Shown in pieces: positions 37,425 to 46,311 of a DNA stretch of 64,000 nucleotides. The DNA comes from Planctomycetota bacterium (lineage in GTDB: Bacteria > Planctomycetota > UBA8108 > SXIK01): NCBI GenBank assembly GCA_965223265.1, contig OZ244999.1, positions 2,112,001 to 2,176,000 of the forward strand. Direction: 5' to 3'. Below the pieces are notes generated by a model. That model was not told the DNA's origin and ran no database searches. It worked only from the letters and a program-made list of their open reading frames with translations. Every line of letters starts with the position of its first letter. The first letter of the stretch is position 1. The position numbers were made by a program, and so were the translations under genes.

Positions 37425-37519
37425 AAAGGGGGCGTATGCGTGGCCTTCGCCGCACCGCACGGTTCGATGTAGAATGACGTACGAGGCGCTGCGGCGTCGG
37501 AGCGTCCCACCGGCACCGT

Positions 37520-37563
37520 CTTTTGTTTGCAGGCACCCCGGCTTTTCTTTGCAGGCACCCCGG
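37520..37563. repeat. 22-bp tandem duplication upstream of coaD
   Basis: CTTTTGTTTGCAGGCACCCCGG followed by CTTTTCTTTGCAGGCACCCCGG (1 mismatch). Confidence 0.85.
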
Positions 37564-37658
37564 CATCGCCTACCGGCACCTTTCAACAGCACCTCTCAAC
37601 ACAGCACGTCTCAAGGCCAACCCTGGCGACGTCTGGGGCAGAGGAGAGAAACTAAACT

Positions 37659-38156
37659 ATGGCCGAACCAGCCAGCGATTCGATCGCGATTTTGCCAGGC
37701 AGCTACGACCCTCTGACGCTGGGGCACGTGGACGTCATTCGCCGCGCCGCGCCTCTGTTTGAGCACTTGATTGTTGGCGTTCTCGACAACCCCGACAAGC
37801 AAAGCCTCTTCAGCGCCGAGCAGCGCGTGGCGCTGATCGACGCTGAACTGGCGGATTCTGCGGGCGTGAAGACTGTGGCTTTCTCCGGCCTCGCCATCGA
37901 TTTCGCGGCCCGGCAGGGTGCCCGCTGGATCGTCCGGGGTATCCGCTCGGCGACCGATGCGGCGTATGAACTGCCCATGGTGCACACCAATCGCGCTTGT
38001 GGTGGCGTCGAGACAATTCTGGTTCCAGCTCGCCCCGAGCTCGCGTTCGTCTCGTCGACCCTGGCACGGCAGATCGGTGCTGGCGGCGGCGATCTGAGCG
38101 CTCTCGTGCCGCCGCGAGTTGCCGAGGCACTCCGCAGCAAGCTCAGCAGCCGATGA
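37659..38156 (+). CDS. coaD: Phosphopantetheine adenylyltransferase
   Basis: PGSYDPLTLGHVDVI, LFSAEQR, IVRGIR, FVSSTLARQI. Confidence 0.95.
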   Translation: MAEPASDSIAILPGSYDPLTLGHVDVIRRAAPLFEHLIVGVLDNPDKQSLFSAEQRVALIDAELADSAGVKTVAFSGLAIDFAARQGARWIVRGIRSATDAAYELPMVHTNRACGGVETILVPARPELAFVSSTLARQIGAGGGDLSALVPPRVAEALRSKLSSR

Positions 38157-38301
38157 AAAGGGCCATTCGGCCGGGCGCGATCCGGCTCGGGTCGTGGCGG
38201 AGGACGGAGGCACCTCTTCACGCAGGCTGACAGGCCGCGTGCCACTTCGGAGCCGGAAGGTAGCTGACACCGCGCTGGCAAGTCTCTATCATACCGCCCC
38301 T

Positions 38302-39657
38302 ATGAAAACTGCCGCGTTCGTAACGCTCGGCTGCAAGATCAATCAGTACGAGACCGCCGCCATTCGTGAGGAGGTGCTCGATCTCGGCTACCGTGAAGTC
38401 GATGCGAGCCAGGCGGCCGACGTGTATGTGGTCAACACCTGTACGGTCACTGCCATCAGCGGCGTCAAGAGTCGAAAGTACGTGCAGCGCGCCGCCCGCA
38501 CCAACCCCGACGCCAAGATCATCGTTGTTGGTTGTTCGACCGCGTCTGAGCGCGCGCAACTGGCGAAGATTCCGCAGGTCGCCGTTCTGGCCGGAAACGA
38601 AGAGAAGACGCTCGTCGGCAGCTTTCTCGAAGGCGGGTGGAAGCCTGGTGAGCCGTTTCCCGAGCGCCAAAAGGACATTTTCAGGCTCAGCGTGTCGCGC
38701 TACACCGGCCGTACCCGCGCCAACATCAAGGTTCAAGACGGCTGCGACAGCTTCTGTAGCTTTTGCATCATCCCGTTTCTGCGCGGCCGCTCGCGCAGTC
38801 GGCACCCGGACGCGGTGGAGGAGGAAGTGCGCCGCCTCGTCGACGCAGGCTTTCGGGAGGTCGTGCTGACCGGAGTGCACATTCAGGACTACGGGTCGGA
38901 TCTTGACGACTCGGTGTCGCTCGCAGGGCTCCTGGAGCGCGTCGCGGGCGTTGAGGGGCTGCGCCGTATTCGCCTCAGCAGCATTGGGGTGCGGAGCTTT
39001 GATGCGCGGCTTTTCGCGGCGCTCGAGAATCCTCTCTTTTGTCCTCATTGGCACGTACCGCTGCAGTCTGGTTCCGACGCGGTCCTCACGGCCATGCGCC
39101 GCGATTACAGCGTCGAGGAGTTTTTCGCTGTGCTCACGGAACTGGCGAGGCGCCGCGGCGACGTCGCCATCTCGACCGATGTGATCGTTGGCCACCCCGG
39201 CGAGACCGACGGGGACTTCCAGGCCACGGTTGCCGCCTGTCGGCGTGCGAAGTTCGCGAAGATCCACGTCTTTCCGTACAGCATCCGTGAGGGGACGCTC
39301 GCGACGAAACTGGACAGGCACGTCGCGCCAGCGGTCATCGCTGAGCGTTCGCGTCAATTGCGCCAGGTTGAAGCCGAGTTGGCCCTTGCCTACAAGGAGC
39401 GCTTCGTTGGCTCGCGCCAGGAGGTCTTAGTTGAGGGAGAGGCCGGGACCACAGGGCGTTTGAGCGGGTTCACGTCGCGCTATCTGCGGGTGGAGTTTCC
39501 TGCCCCTTCACCCGCGTCGCTGCAGCGTTTTCCCGGCACGTTTCAGCCAGTCAGGATTGTGCAAGCGGAAGCCGCCGCGCTGCATGGCACGTGGTGCGCC
39601 ACAGAGAGTTCCGCGGGAGCCGAAGTGGGGCGCGTCGCGGCGGAGACCGAGGCGTGA
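38302..39657 (+). CDS. mtaB: tRNA t6A37 methylthiotransferase (MtaB-type radical SAM)
   Basis: TLGCKINQYE, VNTCTVT, KVQDGCDSFCSFCIIP, HVPLQSG, HVFPYSIREGT. Confidence 0.9.
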   Translation: MKTAAFVTLGCKINQYETAAIREEVLDLGYREVDASQAADVYVVNTCTVTAISGVKSRKYVQRAARTNPDAKIIVVGCSTASERAQLAKIPQVAVLAGNEEKTLVGSFLEGGWKPGEPFPERQKDIFRLSVSRYTGRTRANIKVQDGCDSFCSFCIIPFLRGRSRSRHPDAVEEEVRRLVDAGFREVVLTGVHIQDYGSDLDDSVSLAGLLERVAGVEGLRRIRLSSIGVRSFDARLFAALENPLFCPHWHVPLQSGSDAVLTAMRRDYSVEEFFAVLTELARRRGDVAISTDVIVGHPGETDGDFQATVAACRRAKFAKIHVFPYSIREGTLATKLDRHVAPAVIAERSRQLRQVEAELALAYKERFVGSRQEVLVEGEAGTTGRLSGFTSRYLRVEFPAPSPASLQRFPGTFQPVRIVQAEAAALHGTWCATESSAGAEVGRVAAETEA

Positions 39658-40559
39658 GTTCGGGAGACGTCGACCGCCGCCGGACCCTCCGCGCGCTTCG
39701 GCAGCGACTTGAGCTCCACAAATTGGCAGGTCTGGAACCGCAACTGAGGCGCCCCCGGTCTTCGACACTGCCGGTGGGAAGCCGGCCATCGAACGTGCTG
39801 CCACACGCCGTAGGGGCGGCTCGGCAGCCGCCCGGGCGTCCGGCCCACTCGGGAGCTCCCACGGGTGGTGGCGACCTGCTGGCGCGACAGCTCGCCTCAG
39901 AATCGGGCCCGCCTGCCGACCGCGAAACAGCCTCCACCGCGGCGCCGGACGGTGAGTATGCCGCCGGCGAAGCGCGCGCGGGCGAACCTGACACCGTGCT
40001 CACCGTGCTCGCGGAGCTTGCCGACCGCGTGCGGGCGTGCCAGGCGTGCCGCTTAGCGCAGGGGCGAACGCAGACCGTGTTCGGTGTCGGGTCCCCTTCG
40101 GCTCGTCTCTTCATCGTCGGGGAAGGCCCTGGGTACGAGGAGGATCAACGCGGTGAACCGTTCGTCGGCGAGGCAGGACAACTACTCAACAGGATTCTTG
40201 CCGCGATGGGCCTCAGCCGCGAAGAGGTCTACATCGCCAACGTCGTGAAGTGCCGTCCACCGAAGAACCGCACGCCCGAGCCCGACGAGATGGCTGCTTG
40301 CGCAGGCTTCCTGGAGTCTCAGATCGTCGCTGTGCAGCCGCAGCTGATCGTGACGCTTGGAGCGACTGCGGCGCGGGCACTCCTCGGCGGTGCCGGCTCA
40401 GTAGGCCGCCTGCGCGGGCGGGTCCATGAGTGGCGGGGCATAGCGGTCGTGCCGACCTACCATCCTGCGTACCTCCTGCGAACTCCAGCGGCTAAACGCA
40501 GCGTCTGGGAGGACATGCAACTGGCGATGGCTCGACTTGGTCTCGGCGACTCCACTTGA
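39654..40559 (+). CDS. Uracil-DNA glycosylase family 4 ([4Fe-4S])
   Basis: CQACRL, GEGPGYEED..GEPFVGEAG, NVVKCRPPKNRTP, TYHPAYLLR; GTGA overlap with mtaB. Confidence 0.93.
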   Translation: MSSGDVDRRRTLRALRQRLELHKLAGLEPQLRRPRSSTLPVGSRPSNVLPHAVGAARQPPGRPAHSGAPTGGGDLLARQLASESGPPADRETASTAAPDGEYAAGEARAGEPDTVLTVLAELADRVRACQACRLAQGRTQTVFGVGSPSARLFIVGEGPGYEEDQRGEPFVGEAGQLLNRILAAMGLSREEVYIANVVKCRPPKNRTPEPDEMAACAGFLESQIVAVQPQLIVTLGATAARALLGGAGSVGRLRGRVHEWRGIAVVPTYHPAYLLRTPAAKRSVWEDMQLAMARLGLGDST

Positions 40560-40929
40560 CTTCAGACTGAGAGCGCAAGTACACTCGCTTCGTTCCCGCA
40601 TCGTCGAATGCGCCGTCAACGCAGACTCCCGGGGCGCCTCCGCAGTGAGGAGGGAAAGCGAGAGACCTGCGGTAGCGTCGTGGACGAGGAGCGCGGGGAC
40701 ACCGAACGACTGTTGCACAGCGGCGGCGACGCCGCTGCTACGCGAAGCAAGCGCCGACGTGAGCAGGAAGGTAGAAATGGGTCCGGACTGCTGCGCATTG
40801 ACGTGGGTTGCAGCTGAGTCTTTCGAGTTTCGAATCAGCGGCCGGTAGCGCTCGCTCCGGCATTCCGTCTTCAAATCAACACGCGCAGAGGGCGCGAGGA
40901 AGTCGCACCTTTGCTGAGGTGTGGTCTAG

Positions 40930-41088
40930 CAGCCCGTTGAAAAAGTCATTCGGCTGAGAAACCGGCCTCTTCACGCCCAGATCAGCCGCGGCGAGCCTCG
41001 AAAATCTCGGAGATTACCTGCGTTCGCCGCGGCTGATCTGGACGCGAAGCGACCAGTTTTCAGCTCGAAGCACTTTTTCAACAGGCTG
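40930..41088 (-). mobile_element. 159-bp MITE, intact copy B; CTAG target duplication
   Basis: Flanked by CTAG (40926-40929 and 41089-41092); identical to 11341-11499 in reverse orientation. Confidence 0.92.
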
Positions 41089-41212
41089 CTAGGCCGCCTC
41101 GCCGGCGTTTTCGTCGCGACGAGTGCTCTTTCAACGCATCTCATGACATTTTTTCGCTGTCATTCGTGTAAGTGGCTTATCTGCTCGCTTTTGTCGAGCT
41201 CTTCTGCCGGCA

Positions 41213-41242
41213 TTGACACCTTATCGGAGGGTGTGCTACGAT
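41213..41242 (+). promoter_or_regulatory. Putative sigma70 promoter of the pilM/secretin locus
   Basis: TTGACA (41213-41218), 18-bp spacer, extended -10 TGc-TACGAT (41234-41242). Confidence 0.65.
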
Positions 41243-41542
41243 CCAGGGATTCTGCGAAAAACTCTCCTGTCATTGCGGTTAGGGTTTCTGGGTAGAAGTC
41301 TTGAGCACACATTCTGTGGCACGCGAGGCCTTTCAAAGCGGGCGCCTCAGGCGGCGTCTTCGAGGGGGTCCCGGGCCGATGTCTTTGAGCAATAGCTTCT
41401 GAGCCGACCGCGAACTGCTGAGTTCTGATCCCCTAAAATCTCGTCTTCTCGTTTGGCCCCGAGCAGCATGCTCGAGCCGAACCGACGGTGCCGGTTCGGC
41501 CCGGTTTTGCCCGAGCCGGTTTTCAATTGAGGAATAGCGTCC

Positions 41543-43528
41543 ATGGCATTTCGCACGATCTGGTGTGTCGACATCGGCAGGTGTTCGCTGAAGGCAGTGC
41601 AGCTTCACCGCGACCGCAACAACATTGAAATCCTTGCCGTTGACAAGGTCGACTACAGTGCTGGCCCCGATGGCTTCGATCCCGACCAGGCACGCGAAGC
41701 TCTCTCTATCTTTGCTGCGCGAAATGAGATCCGAGATCCGATCGTTGTGATTCATCCAGGTCAGGGAACGTTTATGCGTTTCATCAAGATCCCTGCCTTC
41801 GATGAGAAAAAAATCAACGAGATGGTCGGCTACGAAGCGCAGCAGCAGATCCCGTTTCCACTCGACGAAGTGATTTGGGACTTTCACGTGGTCGATCGCG
41901 ACTACATGAGCGGAGAGGAGCGCGACGTCGGCATGTTTGCCGTCCGCCGTGAAGCGATCGACGACTTTCTCGAAGAGTTCAGCGATGGTGGCATGCAGGT
42001 CGAGATGCTCTCGATCAGCTACCTCGGGATGCACAACTTTGCGGCGTTCGACCTCGACGTCTCTGAGCCGACGATCGTTCTCGATTTGGGAGCCTCACAC
42101 ACTGACTTGATTCTTCTCGATCAAGATCGCTTCTGGATCCGTCAGGTGCCGCACCGTGCCGAGGACATCACGCGTGCACTGATGCAGCGCTTCAAACTTG
42201 GGTTTGCCGAGGCGGAACGCCTGAAATGCCAGCTGGGCAAGAATCCCAAACAGGCGGCTAAGATCTTTCAGGTCGTGATTCAGCCGAAGCTGCGCGAGCT
42301 CGTCCAGGAAGTGCAGCGCTCGATGGGATACTACCGCAACCAAGCGGGTGAGACAAAATTTGAGCGCTGTCTCCTCTTCGGCAACGGGGCCAAGCTCCTC
42401 GGCATCAAGAAGTACCTACAAGACAATTTGGGACTCCCGGTCGAACGCGTAGCGAGCATTAATCACCTGCGCCTCAGCCGTGAAGTCAACGTCAAGTTGC
42501 TGCAGTCAGAGCTGCCGTCGTTCGGCGTCGCCTTTGGTGGCGCCCTACAAGCCCTCGGTGTCGGATCGTCGAACGTTGATCTGATACCGACCGAGGAGAA
42601 GGCAAAAAAAGTCGTCGCGCGCAAACGCATCCACGCGTTCATTGCCGCGGCGATTCTGTGTTTGTGTATTCTCGCGGCGATCGGCATCGTACGGCAACAG
42701 CGGGCGTCTGTGAGTGGAATCGTGGAAGCTGCGCAGACGGCGCGTGAGCATCCGGACACACATAAGGAGCGTGTCGAGCAGCTGCAGACGATCCTCAGCG
42801 AAAAGCTACCGGCAGAGATTGACGAGCTGATCAAGGTGGGTGAGCGACGCAGCGATACGCTGGAGTCGTTTCGCGTACTCTTGGGGATCTTCAAGGACAT
42901 GAAGAATGCCGACGCGCCAATCAAGGTGATTCCTGAGGGCGATGAGGCTGCAGTGGAACGTCTTGTCAGACAGGCAGAGGCGGGACTTGGCGACAAGGTG
43001 TGGCTGCCGTACATGAAGATGGAGCGGATCCTAAAGAAACCGGAATTCGGAGCCTTCGGGGGTGACGAAGACTCCGACAAGCAGAAGGGAACTCCGGCGT
43101 GGAAATTCGATGCGTTCGCCGTCATCAAGGCGCGCGCGAACGTGTCGCTTTCTCATGATGCTCTCCGTGACATGTTCAGTAAGCGTCTGTCGATCGCGCT
43201 GGGCGAAGCGCGGCGGCGCGACGGCAGCCAGTTGACATTTCTCACCAATGTCGACTTGGCGGCAGGTAAGAACCTGGACATGATCCAGATGCAGGCGGAG
43301 GGGGATGCCGGCGCCGGCACTTTCAGCCCGCTCGACGGCGACGACGAGGAGGGCAAGCGAAAGACGCAGCGCGGCGGGCCATACTATGGCGCCATGGCGA
43401 CCTGGCATATCATGGCGGACAAACCGAAGGATCCCGATGCCGGCGAGGAAGATGAAGACGATGAGGATTTCGACGATGACGATGAAGATTTCGACGAAGA
43501 CGAAGACGAGGACACGGACGACGAGTGA
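41543..43528 (+). CDS. pilM: PilM-like actin-fold protein fused to a PilN-like TM/periplasmic part
   Basis: VDIGRCSLKAV, YEAQQQIPFPLDEVIWDF, LDLGASHT, AEAERLK, ELVQEVQRSMGYY, GNGAKL; then VDLIP (PilN INLLP-like), a TM helix, a periplasmic domain and an acidic tail. Confidence 0.88.
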   Translation: MAFRTIWCVDIGRCSLKAVQLHRDRNNIEILAVDKVDYSAGPDGFDPDQAREALSIFAARNEIRDPIVVIHPGQGTFMRFIKIPAFDEKKINEMVGYEAQQQIPFPLDEVIWDFHVVDRDYMSGEERDVGMFAVRREAIDDFLEEFSDGGMQVEMLSISYLGMHNFAAFDLDVSEPTIVLDLGASHTDLILLDQDRFWIRQVPHRAEDITRALMQRFKLGFAEAERLKCQLGKNPKQAAKIFQVVIQPKLRELVQEVQRSMGYYRNQAGETKFERCLLFGNGAKLLGIKKYLQDNLGLPVERVASINHLRLSREVNVKLLQSELPSFGVAFGGALQALGVGSSNVDLIPTEEKAKKVVARKRIHAFIAAAILCLCILAAIGIVRQQRASVSGIVEAAQTAREHPDTHKERVEQLQTILSEKLPAEIDELIKVGERRSDTLESFRVLLGIFKDMKNADAPIKVIPEGDEAAVERLVRQAEAGLGDKVWLPYMKMERILKKPEFGAFGGDEDSDKQKGTPAWKFDAFAVIKARANVSLSHDALRDMFSKRLSIALGEARRRDGSQLTFLTNVDLAAGKNLDMIQMQAEGDAGAGTFSPLDGDDEEGKRKTQRGGPYYGAMATWHIMADKPKDPDAGEEDEDDEDFDDDDEDFDEDEDEDTDDE

Positions 43529-43589
43529 GCGCTACGTCGCGGCTTCGCAGACGTCCTAACCGAACCGACGGAGAGACCTCCCAAAGGCC

Positions 43590-44546
43590 ATGGATTATCT
43601 GAAAAAGAACTGGTACTGGATTTGTCTGGGTATTGCGGGCGCCGGTTTGATCGCTCTTGCCTGGTTTTTCGTCATCAGCCCAACGGTTGTTTCGTCGGCT
43701 GAAGATACGCTGGCGCAAGAAGTGCGACGCGTCGATCAGTATCTCAAGGGTGACATGATCCCTACCGCGCGGTTGGAGACACAGCTCGAGACGAACGTCA
43801 AGAACGTACGCGACGACAGAGACCGCGGCATCGACTACTACAACAAACGGTTGAAGCGGTTCAACGAGTACTTCGACGGCCAGGAGGAGCCGCCGCCGGT
43901 CGGCAGCTTCGCGGCGCGATACACTCAGGAGATGGACCGGCTGATCCAGGCGTATCGTGACGAGAACGAAATCGCTGTTGCCGAGGACGCAGATGAAGCT
44001 GATGCAAAAACTCTGCGACCGGTCGTCGACGTCCAGCCTCCCGGCAGCATCACGCCGGTGAACATGCAGACGACGATGCACGAGTACTGGGTGACGCGGT
44101 CGATTTTCGAGTCGGTGAACGACCTGAAATTGAAGGGCCTCCAAGAAATCCGATTCGACCGCAGTGAAGACGGTGGTGACGAGTCGCCGGCCGAGGAATT
44201 CGCCGCGCTCAAGACGGACGTCAAGATCTCCATGCCGCTTGCTCGGGTCGACGAGTTGGTCGCGGATCTCATGAACGACGATGAGGTGATGTTTCTCTTC
44301 TACGGGTTTGAGTCGCAGAAGGGAGCCATCCCGGCAGAGTTCATGGAGCTAGTGAAGGTCGTAGAGCACGAAGGGCCGCCTGGCGGTCTTGAACACGCCG
44401 AGTTGATTCAGGATGCCCCGGTGACGATTACGCTTGATCTGCGCGTGTTCCTCTGGAAGGCGCGAGATGCGGTCGATCCTCTCGAAGAGCTCGAAGTCGG
44501 GCTGGAGGACGACGAGGAAGACGACCCAGACGACGAAGAGGAATGA
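43590..44546 (+). CDS. PilO-like bitopic membrane protein
   Basis: N-terminal TM, coiled-coil-like region, then alpha/beta C-domain; position after pilM(N); acidic tail. Confidence 0.6.
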   Translation: MDYLKKNWYWICLGIAGAGLIALAWFFVISPTVVSSAEDTLAQEVRRVDQYLKGDMIPTARLETQLETNVKNVRDDRDRGIDYYNKRLKRFNEYFDGQEEPPPVGSFAARYTQEMDRLIQAYRDENEIAVAEDADEADAKTLRPVVDVQPPGSITPVNMQTTMHEYWVTRSIFESVNDLKLKGLQEIRFDRSEDGGDESPAEEFAALKTDVKISMPLARVDELVADLMNDDEVMFLFYGFESQKGAIPAEFMELVKVVEHEGPPGGLEHAELIQDAPVTITLDLRVFLWKARDAVDPLEELEVGLEDDEEDDPDDEEE

Positions 44547-44554
44547 GCTGATTC

Positions 44555-45685
44555 ATGGCCAATAGAAACTTAGCTCAGCACATCGATAAGATTTCGTACG
44601 CGGTCGCGGCGGTTCTCGGCATCGCAATCATTGCCTTGCCGATCGTTGCGGGAAGATCTCTCGGCGATGTCCAGGAAGACCTTCGAAACAAGGTCGATCA
44701 ACTGAAGGAGAGCCGAATGAGTCAAGCGCTGCCGTCGGTTCCCGAACGGCGCACACCAGTGATCGACAATCAGTGGGAGGCTGAGCTGCGGCGTGGTTTT
44801 CCGATTGCGTGGCTGACTGAGCAAGCACCCGCGGTTGTGGTTCACTCCTCGATCGTGCAGACGACTCAGGCCGTCCACGAGGCGGGACGCATCGAAGTGG
44901 TACGCGTCGAGCGTGATTCCGAAACCAAGAAGGCTGGCCTCGCGGTGGTCGGTGTCATGGGCGCCGGAAACGAAGCGATTGAGATTCAGCAGATTCGCTT
45001 GCAACGTGCCGAGATCGACGAGAGTGGATCCGTGGGGCGTTTTGTCTCGGTTCCTGACTTTGACGTAGAAGGCGACTTTGAGTTCGTTGATTGGAACGTT
45101 GAACCGGGCAAGCGCTATGCGTACCGTTTCACGACGATGGCACGGCTCGACCAGGATGCCGGAACGAATGTCCTGCCACCGACGGACACCAACCTGGATT
45201 CGAACGTGCTCGAGACGGAGCAGGCGGTGCCGTATGACCTCAGTGTCAAGCTCAGTACGATTCAAGTCGACCAGGCGTCACTGACCGCTTCGGCGCGCTT
45301 CAGCGTTTTTCGCTACTGGGATTACGAAGCCGGCGCGGTCAAGAGCGCGCGCGGATCGTTCAAGCGTAACGACAAGATTGGTCCCTGGACGGTTGGAGCG
45401 ATCAACGAGGACAAAAAGACTGTCCGCGTCTACAAAACGACCAATAGGCTCCAGTCGTACGTTTTCAAAACGACGGGCGTCGAGCGTCCGATCGAAGGCT
45501 GGGAACAATCGGCAGAATCCGACGACGTCGACGAGGACGAGGAGTCCGCGACAGACGAGTCCGGCGCAGACACTTCGGTGGCCGCGGAGGAGTCCGTCGC
45601 CGCGGAGGAGTCCGCCGACGAGAACGCAGCGGAAGCGCCGACGCCGGAGGAAGGTAGCGCGGCTCGTGGTGGGCGGAGCTTTTGA
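44555..45685 (+). CDS. Bitopic membrane protein with FN3-like beta domain (occupies the PilP/GspC position)
   Basis: N-terminal TM; FVDWNVEPGKRYAYRF resembles an FN3 signature; acidic low-complexity tail. Confidence 0.6.
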   Translation: MANRNLAQHIDKISYAVAAVLGIAIIALPIVAGRSLGDVQEDLRNKVDQLKESRMSQALPSVPERRTPVIDNQWEAELRRGFPIAWLTEQAPAVVVHSSIVQTTQAVHEAGRIEVVRVERDSETKKAGLAVVGVMGAGNEAIEIQQIRLQRAEIDESGSVGRFVSVPDFDVEGDFEFVDWNVEPGKRYAYRFTTMARLDQDAGTNVLPPTDTNLDSNVLETEQAVPYDLSVKLSTIQVDQASLTASARFSVFRYWDYEAGAVKSARGSFKRNDKIGPWTVGAINEDKKTVRVYKTTNRLQSYVFKTTGVERPIEGWEQSAESDDVDEDEESATDESGADTSVAAEESVAAEESADENAAEAPTPEEGSAARGGRSF

Positions 45686-46311
45686 TCACCGCTCGAAGCT
45701 CCGAATTGATACCGAACGTAGTGAAATGACAGCAGTAGGAGGCAAGGAGAAAAAAGGTAGATTTTCGCGTTGGAGGGTGGGAACATAGTCATTGAGTCGG
45801 TTGCGCCCATGGCGACCGCGATGAACCTCGGAGCTTTCGGGGTGGTGCTTGAAAGCTCTCTCAGCGTCCTTGCTGTTGGTTCGCGCGGCGAGCTTCAGGG
45901 TCTCGGCTTGAGGATGCGCCGCTGAGCCGCACTTCCGGTTTGGGTCTCGCCAGCCAGGTGCAGCAGACGCGTAACATAGGCGCTGGCGTCGTCTCCTACC
46001 CCTCCCTCATCGTTCTACCGGTGGCTCTCCTGTTCTGTGTCTCTGCACAGAGTCCTCCCTAAGATTTGATTGATTCCGAGAACAACAGTCGATCGTTTGC
46101 AACGCTCTGTTGTTTTCAGCCTTTCGTTTATGACTCTGATCCTGATGCAAAGAACCTCTGGCAGGAGCCCAGCATGAAGATTCTGACTCAGAATCGGATG
46201 CGAGTCTCCCGTCGCGAGCGGATTGCTCAAGATAGATTTGCTCAAGAGATGACACGGCAAGAGATTCCAACTCGGGGAAGCCTAGGGGTTTTCCCAGGGA
46301 AAGGGACTTCG

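Noticed and set aside
37509-37614. Possible mini-CRISPR array
   Set aside because: Repeats are adjacent without unique spacers, and no cas genes are in the window
40560-40925. Intergenic region checked for RNase P RNA, tmRNA, SRP RNA or a small gene
   Set aside because: No GAGGAAAGTCC, tRNA-like ends or SRP loop seen; the short ORFs on both strands have no recognisable motifs
11500-40929. Composite transposon or inverted segment bounded by the two inverted MITEs
   Set aside because: Each copy has its own matching target duplication (TTAG versus CTAG) and the cargo is core housekeeping genes
46066-46311. Extended N-terminus of secretin 1
   Set aside because: The lipoprotein signal only fits from ATG 46312; the upstream DNA carries operator-like repeats
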